Position numbers and translations under genes: made by a program. From Chloroflexota bacterium (lineage in GTDB: Bacteria > Chloroflexota > Anaerolineae > UBA2200 > JACIWT01): 64,000 bases of DNA. The stretch lies in contig JACIWT010000005.1 of assembly GCA_014360825.1 (NCBI GenBank), positions 16,248 to 80,247 on the forward strand, in the 5' to 3' direction. A model generated the notes under the pieces. The model was given only the letters and a program-made list of their open reading frames with translations. It ran no database searches and was not told the DNA's origin. Positions 20,241 to 29,598 of this stretch are shown here, one piece after another (the stretch's first letter is position 1; the number at the start of each line of letters is the position of its first letter).

Positions 20241-20477
20241 TCATGCTGGCGCAGGAGCCCTCTCCGTCAGGACCAAATTAACGACAGGAAGAGCTCTCAA
20301 CTCCAATTTTGATAGATCAATAAATTTGCTGGCATCCTCAATCTCAATCCCAATAACACGATTGTGCTCATCAAAGTCCAGCACAACCCCTGGTGCGATC
20401 TCCTCTGACTCGGTACTTACTCCTTCAATCAATTTGATATACAACATGTCGGTTTCAGGATAGTATTCGAAAATCAT
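20241..20477 (-). CDS. DUF2283-family protein (YuzE-like), antitoxin-like partner of DUF4258
   Basis: MIFEYYPETDMLYIKLIEG... is the DUF2283 fold. A GGAGAGGGGA RBS is present. The region is low-GC. Confidence 0.6.
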   Translation of the reverse strand: MIFEYYPETDMLYIKLIEGVSTESEEIAPGVVLDFDEHNRVIGIEIEDASKFIDLSKLELRALPVVNLVLTERAPAPA

Positions 20478-20490
20478 CGTCCCCTCTCCA

Positions 20491-20688
20491 TCAAGGCTTG
20501 AAGCGACGGTCGAAAAAAGCGTTATGCACGGTCTCTCCATCTGGTTCCGTCACGACCCGTAGATACTTGTCCATCTGGGCAACATATCCCCAATAACGGA
20601 TGCGTCCGTTGGCCTGCACTTCGGTGCGCATGGGATTCTTTAGAACGTGTTCAATCCACTCCATCTTGAGATAGGGTCGACGAGCCAT
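20491..20688 (-). CDS. DUF4258-family protein (toxin-like partner of DUF2283)
   Basis: MARRPYLKMEWIEHVLKNPMRTEVQANGRIRYWGYV... The ATG lies 13 nt after the rnhA stop. The ORF upstream overlaps rnhA. Confidence 0.55.
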   Translation of the reverse strand: MARRPYLKMEWIEHVLKNPMRTEVQANGRIRYWGYVAQMDKYLRVVTEPDGETVHNAFFDRRFKP

Positions 20689-20701
20689 AACGCTTCTGCT
20701 G

Positions 20702-21187
20702 TTAGGTGCGCTCATGTTCATAACCCATATCTGGCGGCAGGTTCTCCTGCGCAGCAGCTTGCATAGACAACTTGTCACAGCGCTCGTTTTCAGGATTCCC
20801 ATTATGACCACGTATCCAAACAAATTCAACATCATGTTGCTCACATAAATTTAGAAGCTTATCCCACAGGTCCGCATTCAAGGCCTTTTCTCTCTTATTC
20901 CTACGCCAACCATTCGATTTCCAGCGTTTTGCCCACCCCTCCATCATGGCATCAGCCAAATACTGCGAGTCTGTGTATAGGGTTACCTTACACCTTTCTT
21001 TGAGCGCACTTAACCCGACTATAGCTGCCATTATTTCCATGCGATTATTAGTTGTCAATCGAAAGCCGCCCGACAGCTCTTTCCGATGTTTGCCATATAG
21101 CAATACAACCCCATATCCACCAGGGCCAGGATTACCCAAGCAAGCACCGTCTGTGTAAATCACTACTCGTTTTAGTTCCTTGTTCAT
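20702..21187 (-). CDS. rnhA: ribonuclease HI
   Basis: All catalytic motifs are present ([44 protein letters not shown]). It is about 50% identical to E. coli RnhA by eye. The region is low-GC. Confidence 0.9.
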   Translation of the reverse strand: MNKELKRVVIYTDGACLGNPGPGGYGVVLLYGKHRKELSGGFRLTTNNRMEIMAAIVGLSALKERCKVTLYTDSQYLADAMMEGWAKRWKSNGWRRNKREKALNADLWDKLLNLCEQHDVEFVWIRGHNGNPENERCDKLSMQAAAQENLPPDMGYEHERT

Positions 21188-21206
21188 TTTGACTGGTAAA
21201 ACATCT

Positions 21207-21965
21207 TCAGACAACAACACCGTTTTCCTTAAAGTGATTTATCAGCTGGTATATCCGCTCAATATATTTTACGAATTGCCCAAGATTTGCAAGTATAACG
21301 CCCTTGTCCAAATCGGGCACGATTTGAGGATGACCAATCTCGTTTCTCGTAATTCTACAGAATTGAAACATTCCCCCAATAATAACATCCAGGTCTTGGG
21401 ACAGGATGCCGCTTGGTTTGCTCCTGCAACTTTGGTATGACCTTATGAACTCGTCATATTTTCTGGATATAAAGCGCCCATTCACTCTTGACAGAAACTG
21501 CTGTCTACTAGAATCATCCTGGATGGCGTCCCCGTATGTATGTATGAGTAGATTAATCGCACGCTCAGAGGCTGCACCTAGCATGAATGCTGCTGCTAGC
21601 AAAGCATCAGAACGCACACATCTAATGGACTCATCGATAAACCGTACAATCACGGGGTCGCAATCGGGCACGCGCTCTTGTATTGTCTGGGGGAACTTAT
21701 CTATTTCGAATGGTAACGCTTGGCCAGGAATTGCTCCCCCTGTCTCGATTGCGCTCTTCATCTCAGCAAGGAGAGTCTTCAGGGGGGAGTCTCTTCCCCC
21801 AAGAACGATTTTGCCGCTATTGTAAACACTCACATAGGCGGTTGTTGCCCCGCTTCTGACGGTTATTTTGTCACAGTATTGCTCTTCTTCGACAGAGAAT
21901 TCGAGTTTTTGTCTTTCAAGAAACGATACCACACTTTGAAATATGCTTGGTTCACCGACAGGCAT
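21207..21965 (-). CDS. hypothetical protein: N-terminal RNase HIII-N-like (DUF3378/TBP-like) domain plus a C-terminal HEPN-like domain (Rx4H); candidate abortive-infection/toxin nuclease
   Basis: The N-terminal [17 protein letters not shown] resembles the ITAYQSGKVLFQGK motif of the RnhC N-domain. The C-terminal [11 protein letters not shown] contains R-x4-H. The gene sits 19 nt upstream of rnhA and is co-directional in a low-GC island. A GGAG RBS is present. Confidence 0.55.
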   Translation of the reverse strand: MPVGEPSIFQSVVSFLERQKLEFSVEEEQYCDKITVRSGATTAYVSVYNSGKIVLGGRDSPLKTLLAEMKSAIETGGAIPGQALPFEIDKFPQTIQERVPDCDPVIVRFIDESIRCVRSDALLAAAFMLGAASERAINLLIHTYGDAIQDDSSRQQFLSRVNGRFISRKYDEFIRSYQSCRSKPSGILSQDLDVIIGGMFQFCRITRNEIGHPQIVPDLDKGVILANLGQFVKYIERIYQLINHFKENGVVV

Positions 21966-22011
21966 TGTATCTCATCTCCATAGGAGAACTGACGAGCGCG
22001 CCTAACGGGAT

Positions 22012-22051
22012 GCCGCTCAGCCGCGCCGCCGAAGGCGGCGTCGGCTGGAGC
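22012..22051. repeat. GC-rich extended hairpin (core CGCCGCC-GAAG-GGCGGCG) within a GC-rich 160-bp patch inside the low-GC island
   Basis: GCTCAGCCGCGCCGCCGAAGGCGGCGTCGGCTGGAGC. It resembles the 23-bp palindrome at 23335 and may be REP-like. Confidence 0.35.
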
Positions 22052-22123
22052 GAGGGGTTGGGCGGCCCCACATTGGCCTTAGGCAACCGGTGATGCTATA
22101 TCGTTGGGGTTTGCCAGGACCTC

Positions 22124-22759
22124 TCAGCGCGATTTGATGTATTGCCCTGTCGTAGCATCATAAACATCGAAGTGGCCAAAGGATGTCTCAGCCAGCCAGA
22201 GCAATGAATAGCGCCCCAATTCAGCGTCTACATCTTCAAATAGATCGCTCGTTCTGAGTTCCAGACCTACCGATTGCAACTTGCGAAATTGTATCTCCGT
22301 TGAATCAACCCACCCTTCCAAAGCAAATAACTCGTCCGGTCGGATCGTCGCTATGTCGGATTTCACCAGTCTTGCCTTCCCCCCTTCCACATAGTATACG
22401 TTGGCTGTCGAGGACGTCTCATCTTTGGCGAAAATGACGACCCAGTGTGCCTGGTGCCCATCCGACCCAATACCGGGATCTTCCTCAACATCAAAAGGGG
22501 AACATCCCACATTGCAGAATTGCGACCAGCGGCCAACGAATGCCAGCCTCGCCGTAGCTTTCCACTCAGCCGGTAGGGCAGCATAAGCCAATGCAACCGC
22601 TTCTTTGGCACTCAACCGTTGCCCGGAAACAGATTGCACAGAGGATGTTAGCGTGGCCGGAGGAGGAGTTCCTCTGGATGGTAGATTAGAAGGCCGACCA
22701 GCACAGGCCGTCGCAATGAAGACCAACGCCAATAAGGTAAAGAAAGTTTGGGAACGCAT
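22124..22759 (-). CDS. hypothetical lipoprotein
   Basis: Signal and lipobox VFIATAC. No recognisable domain. Low-GC. Confidence 0.55.
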   Translation of the reverse strand: MRSQTFFTLLALVFIATACAGRPSNLPSRGTPPPATLTSSVQSVSGQRLSAKEAVALAYAALPAEWKATARLAFVGRWSQFCNVGCSPFDVEEDPGIGSDGHQAHWVVIFAKDETSSTANVYYVEGGKARLVKSDIATIRPDELFALEGWVDSTEIQFRKLQSVGLELRTSDLFEDVDAELGRYSLLWLAETSFGHFDVYDATTGQYIKSR

Positions 22760-22825
22760 TCAGTCCTCCTTAAAGGTACTACCCGTGATTTTTCCAGCAG
22801 ATAAGCCGCCCAACTATATTTTCAA

Positions 22826-22900
22826 CCGAAACGGCTTAAAATACATTTAGGGCGCGACGGTTTAACTATCCGAAAGCCGTTGTTAAACCGTCGGCTTAAC
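22826..22900. promoter_or_regulatory. cluster of inverted repeats in a divergent intergenic region: perfect 12-bp IR CGACGGTTTAAC-N15-GTTAAACCGTCG (22855-22893), plus an AACGGCTT/AAGCCGTT IR and GGCTTAA repeats
   Basis: Read directly. This is a candidate operator array or recombination site next to the integrase remnant. Confidence 0.45.
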
Positions 22901-23009
22901 CGCATCAAAAGCCGCAAATCGACATCTATACTATAAAATAAGTCATGGTGTTTGTCAAACCGAGGTCATCGCTGATGCGCTAATGCCAAGAGTTGAAAAG
23001 GAGTCAAGT

Positions 23010-23445
23010 ATGGCCTCCTCGCCGTTTCTCAATCGGGTTCGTCAGGTGATGCGGCTCAAGCACATGAGCCTCAGCACAGAAGACTCGTATCTCTACTATA
23101 TCAAACAGTTCATCCTCTTTCACAACAAACGTCATCCCAAAGACATGGGCGCTGACGGAATCCGCTTTCCGGCGGTCATCGTTCTGCCGAGCTGCGCACA
23201 GGCGTCATTCGCTGACACCGCCTTCACGGAGACGACATCCAACACGCGGTCAAACAAGCCATTCGCAAGGCAGGCATCGCCAAACACGGCCGTAGTTACA
23301 CCTTCCGCCACGGTTTCGCCCTCCACCTTCTGTAGGGGCGAAGCGGCGCTTCGCCCCTACGATATCCGCATCGTGCAGGAATGGGACCGCAAGGATGTGC
23401 ACACCATCATGATACACTCGCGTGCTGAATCGCGATGGCCTGGCG
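23010..23445 (+). pseudogene. degraded tyrosine recombinase (integron-integrase/XerD-like) remnant: N-terminal SAM-like domain fused to a C-terminal box II fragment, with a frameshift and loss of the catalytic Tyr
   Basis: The N-terminus VRQVMRLKHMSLSTEDSYLYYIKQFILFHNKRHPKDMGADGIRF matches the IntI/XerD N-domain. In another frame, IRKAGIAKHGRSYTFRHGFALHLL reaches a stop. Frame 0 then reads ALRPYDIRIVQEW..DVHTIMIHS (compare [23 protein letters not shown]). The middle roughly 200 aa are absent. Confidence 0.6.
23335..23357. repeat. perfect 23-nt palindrome GGGGCGAAGCG-G-CGCTTCGCCCC inside the integrase remnant at the frameshift point
   Basis: Read directly. It may be an inserted REP-like element. 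Confidence 0.45.
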
Positions 23446-23519
23446 CTGCGCAGCCCGCTGGATTAGAACTTTTGTTTTTCAGCGTGCTCTGTGGTATATT
23501 TCGCGTCAGGAGGATGAAG

Positions 23520-24089
23520 ATGCGAGAAGTACTCTTCGTTCACCAGTTGCCGAGTGGTCAGGTCATCCGCGTGGTCAAGGGCGACCTGACGGAAGAGCGG
23601 GTGGATGCCATCGTCAACGCCGCCAACGAGCATCTGGCTCACGGTGGCGGGGTGGCCGGGGCGATCGTGCGCAAGGGCGGGCCCGAGATCCAAGAGGAGA
23701 GCAACCGCTGGGTGGCCCAACATGGTCCGGTGCGCACCGGCACGGCGGCCATCACCGGGGCCGGGCGACTGCCGGCCCGATACATCATCCACGCCGTCGG
23801 GCCGGTGTGGGGGACGGGGGATGAGAAGGCCAAACTGGCCAGCGCGGTGCGCAGCGCTCTGCAAATGGCGGAGGATCACCGCCTTGCCAGCATCTCTATG
23901 CCGGGCATCTCCTCTGGCATCTTCGGCTTCCCGAAGGACCTTTGCGCCGAAGTGATGTTCGACGCCGTCCTCGAGTTCCTCGCTGAGCACCCCCAGACCA
24001 TACGCGAGATCAACTTCTGCAATATAGACGAACAGACGGCCAAGGTCTTCGCCGCCGAAGCGCGGAAAAGGTTTAAGGGCGTGGAATAG
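23520..24089 (+). CDS. macro-domain protein (ADP-ribose / O-acetyl-ADP-ribose deacetylase, YmdB/Af1521-like)
   Basis: VDAIVNAANEHLAHGGGVAGAIVRKGG...IIHAVGPVW...SISMPGISSGIFGFP. A GGAGGA RBS lies 6 nt upstream. The upstream part of the 22983 ORF is the integrase remnant. Confidence 0.8.
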   Translation: MREVLFVHQLPSGQVIRVVKGDLTEERVDAIVNAANEHLAHGGGVAGAIVRKGGPEIQEESNRWVAQHGPVRTGTAAITGAGRLPARYIIHAVGPVWGTGDEKAKLASAVRSALQMAEDHRLASISMPGISSGIFGFPKDLCAEVMFDAVLEFLAEHPQTIREINFCNIDEQTAKVFAAEARKRFKGVE

Positions 24090-24101
24090 CCGGGCTGGCG
24101 C

Positions 24102-27100
24102 TCAATACGTCGGCTCGCGGGATAAGACCATCAGCGCCAGGGCCAGGGCGCGCCCGGCCTGTCCGAGTTTCTGGGGGTCTATGTTCTCGGGGGTGTCCTC
24201 GGGGGTGTGAGAGAGATACACACTGCCATCCCAGGTGAGCCTTACCCAGGGGAGGTTCTTGTCCGCCCTGGGCGGTGTGAACCCAGTGCCCAGGGTGCTG
24301 ATATTCACTCCCGCCCGCTTGCCCACGGTGCGGAAAAAGCCGGTCAGGCGGTCGCTGGTGCTCTCTTGCAAGTGGATCCCGTTGCCTGTGCCACTGCCAA
24401 TCCCAACTAGGTCCAGCACGGCGATGATGCCATACGACTCGATGAACCCGGGACGCGCTCTCAAGAAATGGTCCACCCTGGGCTCCAAATGTCGCTCTGA
24501 ACCGCCCCAGGCGACGAAGATCACCGTGCGCTTGGGACGGAAGTCCAGGTCTTTCCACAGCCGTGCGATCTCTAACATCACCGCCACACTGCTGGCGCTA
24601 TCGTTCGCCCCAGGATAGAGGACGCCATCTATTCTGCGGCCCAGTCCATCGTAGGGGGCCAGCACGATGATCGCTTCGTCGTCCAGGGCTGTGTCTGTGC
24701 CGGGGATGAATCCTAACACGTTTATCACCGGGACGCTTCGCTTCTCACTCTCGATAGAAACGCGGGCTCGCGCCCCGGTGTGCATAGAAAATCCCTGACC
24801 GGCGCTCAATTGCTGCCAGGTTTGTTGCAGCTCTCGGAATGTGTAGCCGCTGTCCTTCAGGATCGCATCCGCCACTTCGGGAGTGATGTAGAGATAGGGC
24901 ACGTCGGCATTTGTGCCGGACTGTGGGTAGAGTAGGTTGCGCCGGGCCCATGCCTGTGGAGATTCCACAACGATCAGCAGTGCTCCTGGGCTGTAAGCAG
25001 TATAGTAGCGGAACAGCGAATAGATCGGCTGCAGAGACTGGGCGTCCACCATCGCCACGAAATTCCCGAGCTCCACTGAGCTAATCATACCCTGTTCGGG
25101 ATAGGTTACCGTACCAGGCCCGAAGCCGATGCATATTACCTCGCCCTCGAAAGAACCCACTTGTGAGGGCGAACCGTACGTCTCTGAAAAGTCCTGCCCG
25201 TACGTCCAGGGGCCGAGTTCCTGCCCTGCCCGGTCCCACACTTGGAGCGACGGCACAGCGGTCAGATCACGGACATCCCAGGGGATGGTCTGGAAATAGG
25301 TCCATTGGCCGTTCACTTCCTCTCCGGCGGATTGCACGCCGGCGGCTTCCATTTGTTTGGCAATATACTCAGCCGCCAACTGCGCGCCCCTGGTGCCGGT
25401 CAACCGGCCATCCAACTCTGGGCTGGCCAGATAGGAGATATCCTGCATCGCTCGCTCGACATTGAACTGTTGGGCCTGTGGGCCGTACACCCTCCAGGGC
25501 CCTGTGCCCTCTGCAGTGAAGAACACGAGCGCTACGACCGCAGCCGCGGCGGCCAGGGTATAGCGGCTGAAGAGGCGATTCAGGCTCACGGTGAGGCGCT
25601 CCGTCAGGCGGCGCAAGCCCTCTCCGAAGAGGTTGAACCCCAGGATGGCGATTGTGAAGGCCAGGGCGGGGTAGAAGGTGGTCCACGGGGCGCTGCGGAA
25701 GTACCGCCAGGTGTTGGAGAGCATCACTCCCCACTCAGGGATATCGAAATAGGTCAGCCCAGTGTCACTCATAGAAGAGGTGGTGAAACCACCACCGATG
25801 AAGACGCCCATGAAGCCCAGTTCGCCTAATAGCATGAGCACGCCGCCCATCTCCAGACAGGCCAGTACTACCAGCGACGGCAGCAGGTTGGGCAACACGT
25901 GGCGCAATAAGATAGCCACATCGCCCAAGCCAACCGCCAATGCACCTTCCACATAGTCGCGTTCGCGGATGCTCATCACCTGACTGCGAACGTATTGGGC
26001 TGTCTCGCCCCAGCCCACCACGCACAGCGCCACCACAAAGACCATCAACCCCTGGCGGATGCCCAGAGCATAGATGATCACGACTGCCAGGAGCAGGGTG
26101 GGAAAGGCAGCCATCACCTCGGTCACGCTCATCAGCGCCCGGTCCAAAAGGCTGTCGGAAAACCAACCCGCCAGACAGCCAACGACTGCCCCAAGCAGGA
26201 CACGAGCGAGCACAGCGAAGAAGGCGATGGTCATGGTGCGCCGTGCCCCCACTAACAGTAGGCTCAGGATGTCGCGGCCCTGTTGGTCTGTCCCCAAGGG
26301 GTAGCCGTGACCTGGGGAGAGTGGCGGCACGATCCATTTTCCGTCAATGTCGAAGTAAGAGTGAGTCTGAGAGGGATCGTGGGGCGCTAATTGGGGGCCG
26401 AGGACGACAACCACTACCAACCCGACGACTACAATTGCCCCCAGCATAAAGGAAAGGCTACCCAGAGTGCTCTGCACCCAAGCCCTTCTGCGCTCGGCGG
26501 CGATGACCTGGGCCCGGCGGAGTTCTTCGGCAGTTGGTGGGCGATGTTTCTCGTGATTCCCTTTGAGCAGTTGTGCGAGTCGGAACTCGGGGGCTTTTCT
26601 GCCACCGGGTAGGCGTTCGGAAAGGCGCTCGAAGGCATCGCGGATGCTGAAGACAACGTTGGCTAAGATATCCAATCCACTGCGCTTGGTCCGCAGTTGG
26701 ACATGCTCCTCGCGCAACCGGGGATCAATGCGCCGATACAAGATGTCCAAGGTCTGGTTGATGAGGATGAAGAACACGCCCAGGAAAAGGATCAACGTCG
26801 TTGCCAGTTCGATTTGCCCTTGCCGTATCGCGCCCCAGAGGGTCTCGCCCATGCCCGGCCAGTTGAAGAGTATCTCGACCACAGGAAGGCTGGATAGAGA
26901 AAAGCGCAGTGAGGTACCCAATGCTGTCAGAATGGGCACACCCGCGTTGCGCAAGGCATGGTCGAAGAGAACAGCGCGCCCGTTGAGTCCCTTAGCCCGT
27001 GCGGTGCGGATGTAATCGGTTTCCAGCACTTCGGCAAGGGCGACGAAGGAAACCCGCGCCACCTGGGCGATGGGTCGGGCTGCCAGGGTCAGTGCCGGCA

Positions 27101-28430
27101 GGATGATGTGGGCATCCCACCCGAAGCCACCAATCGGTGCTAATCGGATACCCGTGCTCTTGTAGAAGGTGATGACGACGATCTGGAGCAGGAGGCCGAG
27201 GAAGAAACTGGGCGCCGATACGCCAACTATGGCCAGCACGAGGAAAGCGAGCGACAGCCGCCCATGACGAGTCAGGGCAGCGCCTATCCCGAGTGGCACG
27301 CCAATCACTGCCCCCAGCAGCATGGAAAGGAACAATAGGGCCAGGCTCTTGCTCACAGTCGGGCGCACTAAATCGAGGATGGGGCGGGCGCTACTCTCAC
27401 GCCAGTAGTAGATGCTGCCAAAACCAGTGTTATACAAGCCGAAATCGCCTTTGGTGACCACGTTGGTCAGATACTGGCCGGTGTGGATCGCTGCCCGGAC
27501 TGCTGTATCCAGCACGTCCACCGATGCTCCGTAGCGCCCGTACTCTGCGACGCGCAGGCCGAAAAAGCAGAAATAGACAATGAACACCGAGGCGATAAGC
27601 GCAAAGACGATGGGTCGCACAATCAAGTTGATCAAGGGCATGAACGGCTTGAAGATGGCAGCCAGTTCGGATTCGTAGATTTGGGAGAGGAGTTCGCCGT
27701 CGCTGAGGGCGCGTTGCGGCGAGGCTAACTCCGATGGTAACCAAGCCACGGCATAGCCCTGTTCAGGCCGGGCGATGTCTTCCATGCGCACCACCCGGTC
27801 CGCCACTCGGCTGATTCGCGCGTCGCTCTCGGCGATGAGGAAGGCTACGCCCTCCTCATCGCACAGCGCACGCATCAAATCCGCCAGCGCACGGGCTTCC
27901 TCATCCGAGAGGTCACCCGCTGGCTCGTCGGCAAGCACCACAGCAGGCCCGTTCACCAGCGCCCGCGCCAGAGCGAGGCGCTGCTTCTCGGCCAGAGACA
28001 AAGATTTCGCTGGCAAGTTCGCCTTATCTGCCAAGCCCACCCGGGCCAGCAACCTCTCGGCCCGCGCCCGGCCCTCCGCGCGAGGGATATTGCTGTAGCG
28101 CAGGGGCAGCATGACGTTTTGCAGAACGCTCTGCTCTTCCAGCAGGAGTGGTTGGCGGAAGAGGAAACCGAGCCGGTTCGCACGCACTTTGGCGCGCGCC
28201 CAGGGCGAGAGTTGGGTGAGATCCTGATCCTCGATGTGCACTGTGCCGGCGGTCGGTTTCTCCAAGCCGCCCAAGATGCGCAGCAATGTGCTCTTGCCGC
28301 TGCCCTGGCCGCCGGTCACGACCACGAACTCGCCGTGCTCTACGGTCAGGTCCAGGCCGCGCATCAGGACGTACTGCTGGTCGCCTTCCCTATAGATTTT
28401 CGTGAGCGTAATCGCAGAGAGCGCAGGCAT
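24102..28430 (-). CDS. 1442-aa fusion: ABC ATPase domain (MacB/LolD-like, degenerate signature) + DppB-like permease + DppC-like permease + extracytoplasmic M28 (PA-domain) aminopeptidase
   Basis: A single uninterrupted ORF. The N-terminus has Walker A GGQGSGKST and Walker B LADEPAG, but the signature reads LSLAEKQR and the H-loop His is replaced (IAESD). The next domain has the DppB EAA motif TDYIRTARAKGL. The next has the DppC-type motif RDYVEGALAVGL. The C-terminal M28 peptidase domain has VINVLGFIPGTD...IIVLAPYDGLG...AWGGSERHLEP. Confidence 0.75.
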   Translation of the reverse strand: MPALSAITLTKIYREGDQQYVLMRGLDLTVEHGEFVVVTGGQGSGKSTLLRILGGLEKPTAGTVHIEDQDLTQLSPWARAKVRANRLGFLFRQPLLLEEQSVLQNVMLPLRYSNIPRAEGRARAERLLARVGLADKANLPAKSLSLAEKQRLALARALVNGPAVVLADEPAGDLSDEEARALADLMRALCDEEGVAFLIAESDARISRVADRVVRMEDIARPEQGYAVAWLPSELASPQRALSDGELLSQIYESELAAIFKPFMPLINLIVRPIVFALIASVFIVYFCFFGLRVAEYGRYGASVDVLDTAVRAAIHTGQYLTNVVTKGDFGLYNTGFGSIYYWRESSARPILDLVRPTVSKSLALLFLSMLLGAVIGVPLGIGAALTRHGRLSLAFLVLAIVGVSAPSFFLGLLLQIVVITFYKSTGIRLAPIGGFGWDAHIILPALTLAARPIAQVARVSFVALAEVLETDYIRTARAKGLNGRAVLFDHALRNAGVPILTALGTSLRFSLSSLPVVEILFNWPGMGETLWGAIRQGQIELATTLILFLGVFFILINQTLDILYRRIDPRLREEHVQLRTKRSGLDILANVVFSIRDAFERLSERLPGGRKAPEFRLAQLLKGNHEKHRPPTAEELRRAQVIAAERRRAWVQSTLGSLSFMLGAIVVVGLVVVVVLGPQLAPHDPSQTHSYFDIDGKWIVPPLSPGHGYPLGTDQQGRDILSLLLVGARRTMTIAFFAVLARVLLGAVVGCLAGWFSDSLLDRALMSVTEVMAAFPTLLLAVVIIYALGIRQGLMVFVVALCVVGWGETAQYVRSQVMSIRERDYVEGALAVGLGDVAILLRHVLPNLLPSLVVLACLEMGGVLMLLGELGFMGVFIGGGFTTSSMSDTGLTYFDIPEWGVMLSNTWRYFRSAPWTTFYPALAFTIAILGFNLFGEGLRRLTERLTVSLNRLFSRYTLAAAAAVVALVFFTAEGTGPWRVYGPQAQQFNVERAMQDISYLASPELDGRLTGTRGAQLAAEYIAKQMEAAGVQSAGEEVNGQWTYFQTIPWDVRDLTAVPSLQVWDRAGQELGPWTYGQDFSETYGSPSQVGSFEGEVICIGFGPGTVTYPEQGMISSVELGNFVAMVDAQSLQPIYSLFRYYTAYSPGALLIVVESPQAWARRNLLYPQSGTNADVPYLYITPEVADAILKDSGYTFRELQQTWQQLSAGQGFSMHTGARARVSIESEKRSVPVINVLGFIPGTDTALDDEAIIVLAPYDGLGRRIDGVLYPGANDSASSVAVMLEIARLWKDLDFRPKRTVIFVAWGGSERHLEPRVDHFLRARPGFIESYGIIAVLDLVGIGSGTGNGIHLQESTSDRLTGFFRTVGKRAGVNISTLGTGFTPPRADKNLPWVRLTWDGSVYLSHTPEDTPENIDPQKLGQAGRALALALMVLSREPTY

Positions 28431-28434
28431 TATC

Positions 28435-29598
28435 TCATTTCAATCCCGTCACGATAAACTCGATCCGCGCACTCATACCCCAGCGCAGGCCCTGCTCTTG
28501 CCGGTCCAGGGCGATACGGGCCTTGAAGACCACGTCGCCTGAGGGCAGGGTGGACCCCGCTGGGGCAATGTACACCAACCGACCGCGCAAAAGTCGGTTG
28601 CCCAAGCCCGGCAGGGTGAGCGTTACCCCCTGATCCAGGTGAATCTGACTCAGGTCCCATTCGTCCAGGTCGGTGGTCTCCACCTCGAATTCGGTCAGGT
28701 CCGCCAGGGTCATCGCTGCCTGGCCGGGGCTGATCATTTGGCCGGGGCGGAGGTGCAGGGCGGTGATCGTCCCGTCGAAGGGAGCCACGAGTTCCGCGGC
28801 GGCCAATGCTGCTTTTGCCGCCTCCAGGCGCTGGCGGGCCTGGCGCAATTGGGCCTCGGCGATGGTTTTCTCCTCGGCGGTTGGGCCTTGCTTCAGGCGA
28901 TCCAAAGCCGCCTGTGCCTGGGCCACGGCGGCGCGCGCCGAAGCCAATGCTGCCGGGGATGGACCTTCCAGTGCTTCTTGATACGCCAACTCGGCCAGCC
29001 GCACGCTGATTTCCGCGGAGGCGACCCGCGCGTTTGCTCCCTGCACTACATAGTCTGGGGATTCCGAGCCGGCGATACCGTCGCGCTCGGCCTGAGCCGC
29101 CCACAGGCTGTTCTTGGCCTGATCCCATTGCAATTTGTAGCGCTCGACATCGCGAGGGCTCGGGCCTGCCTCCAACTCCGCGAGGTTGGCCTTGGCACTA
29201 TCGAGTGTGGCCTGAGCCACGGTGAGATCCAGCGGGGTAGGTGTGGCCATGGCCTGGGCATATTGGGCTTCCTGGATCGCCAGAGCATCCGCGGCTGCGT
29301 CCACCTCACGTTGCAGATCATCGGTCACGAGGCGAGCCAGCACTTGTCCGGCTTGTACTGTATCGCCCTCTTTCACCAGCACTTCGCCTACCACGCCCCC
29401 GGTGCGGAAACTCAGATCCATCCATCTCACCGGCACCACAACCCCAGAAGCGCGGACCGAGGGACTCGTGGGAAGACCCTGCTCCCAGGTGCCCGGCGTT
29501 GGCTCTGACACTTGCTTTGCGACAAACGATTGTCCGACCATGTAGAGGACAATGGCTACTGCCACGACCACTGCCAAGATCAAAAGCAACCTTCTCAT
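28435..29598 (-). CDS. HlyD/MacA-family periplasmic adaptor (membrane fusion protein)
   Basis: An N-terminal TM helix, a lipoyl-like domain VLVKEGDTVQAGQVLARL, and a long coiled coil. The start forms an ATGA overlap with the upstream permease stop, and a GGAGG RBS is present. Confidence 0.85.
   Translation of the reverse strand: MRRLLLILAVVVAVAIVLYMVGQSFVAKQVSEPTPGTWEQGLPTSPSVRASGVVVPVRWMDLSFRTGGVVGEVLVKEGDTVQAGQVLARLVTDDLQREVDAAADALAIQEAQYAQAMATPTPLDLTVAQATLDSAKANLAELEAGPSPRDVERYKLQWDQAKNSLWAAQAERDGIAGSESPDYVVQGANARVASAEISVRLAELAYQEALEGPSPAALASARAAVAQAQAALDRLKQGPTAEEKTIAEAQLRQARQRLEAAKAALAAAELVAPFDGTITALHLRPGQMISPGQAAMTLADLTEFEVETTDLDEWDLSQIHLDQGVTLTLPGLGNRLLRGRLVYIAPAGSTLPSGDVVFKARIALDRQEQGLRWGMSARIEFIVTGLK

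Noticed and set aside
24102-28430. Possibility that the 1442-aa ORF is three or four adjacent genes merged by chance
   Set aside because: All domains are in one frame with no stop across 4.3 kb. Chance alone would not give this even at high GC. Only a sequencing error could split it, and that is flagged as the refutation test.
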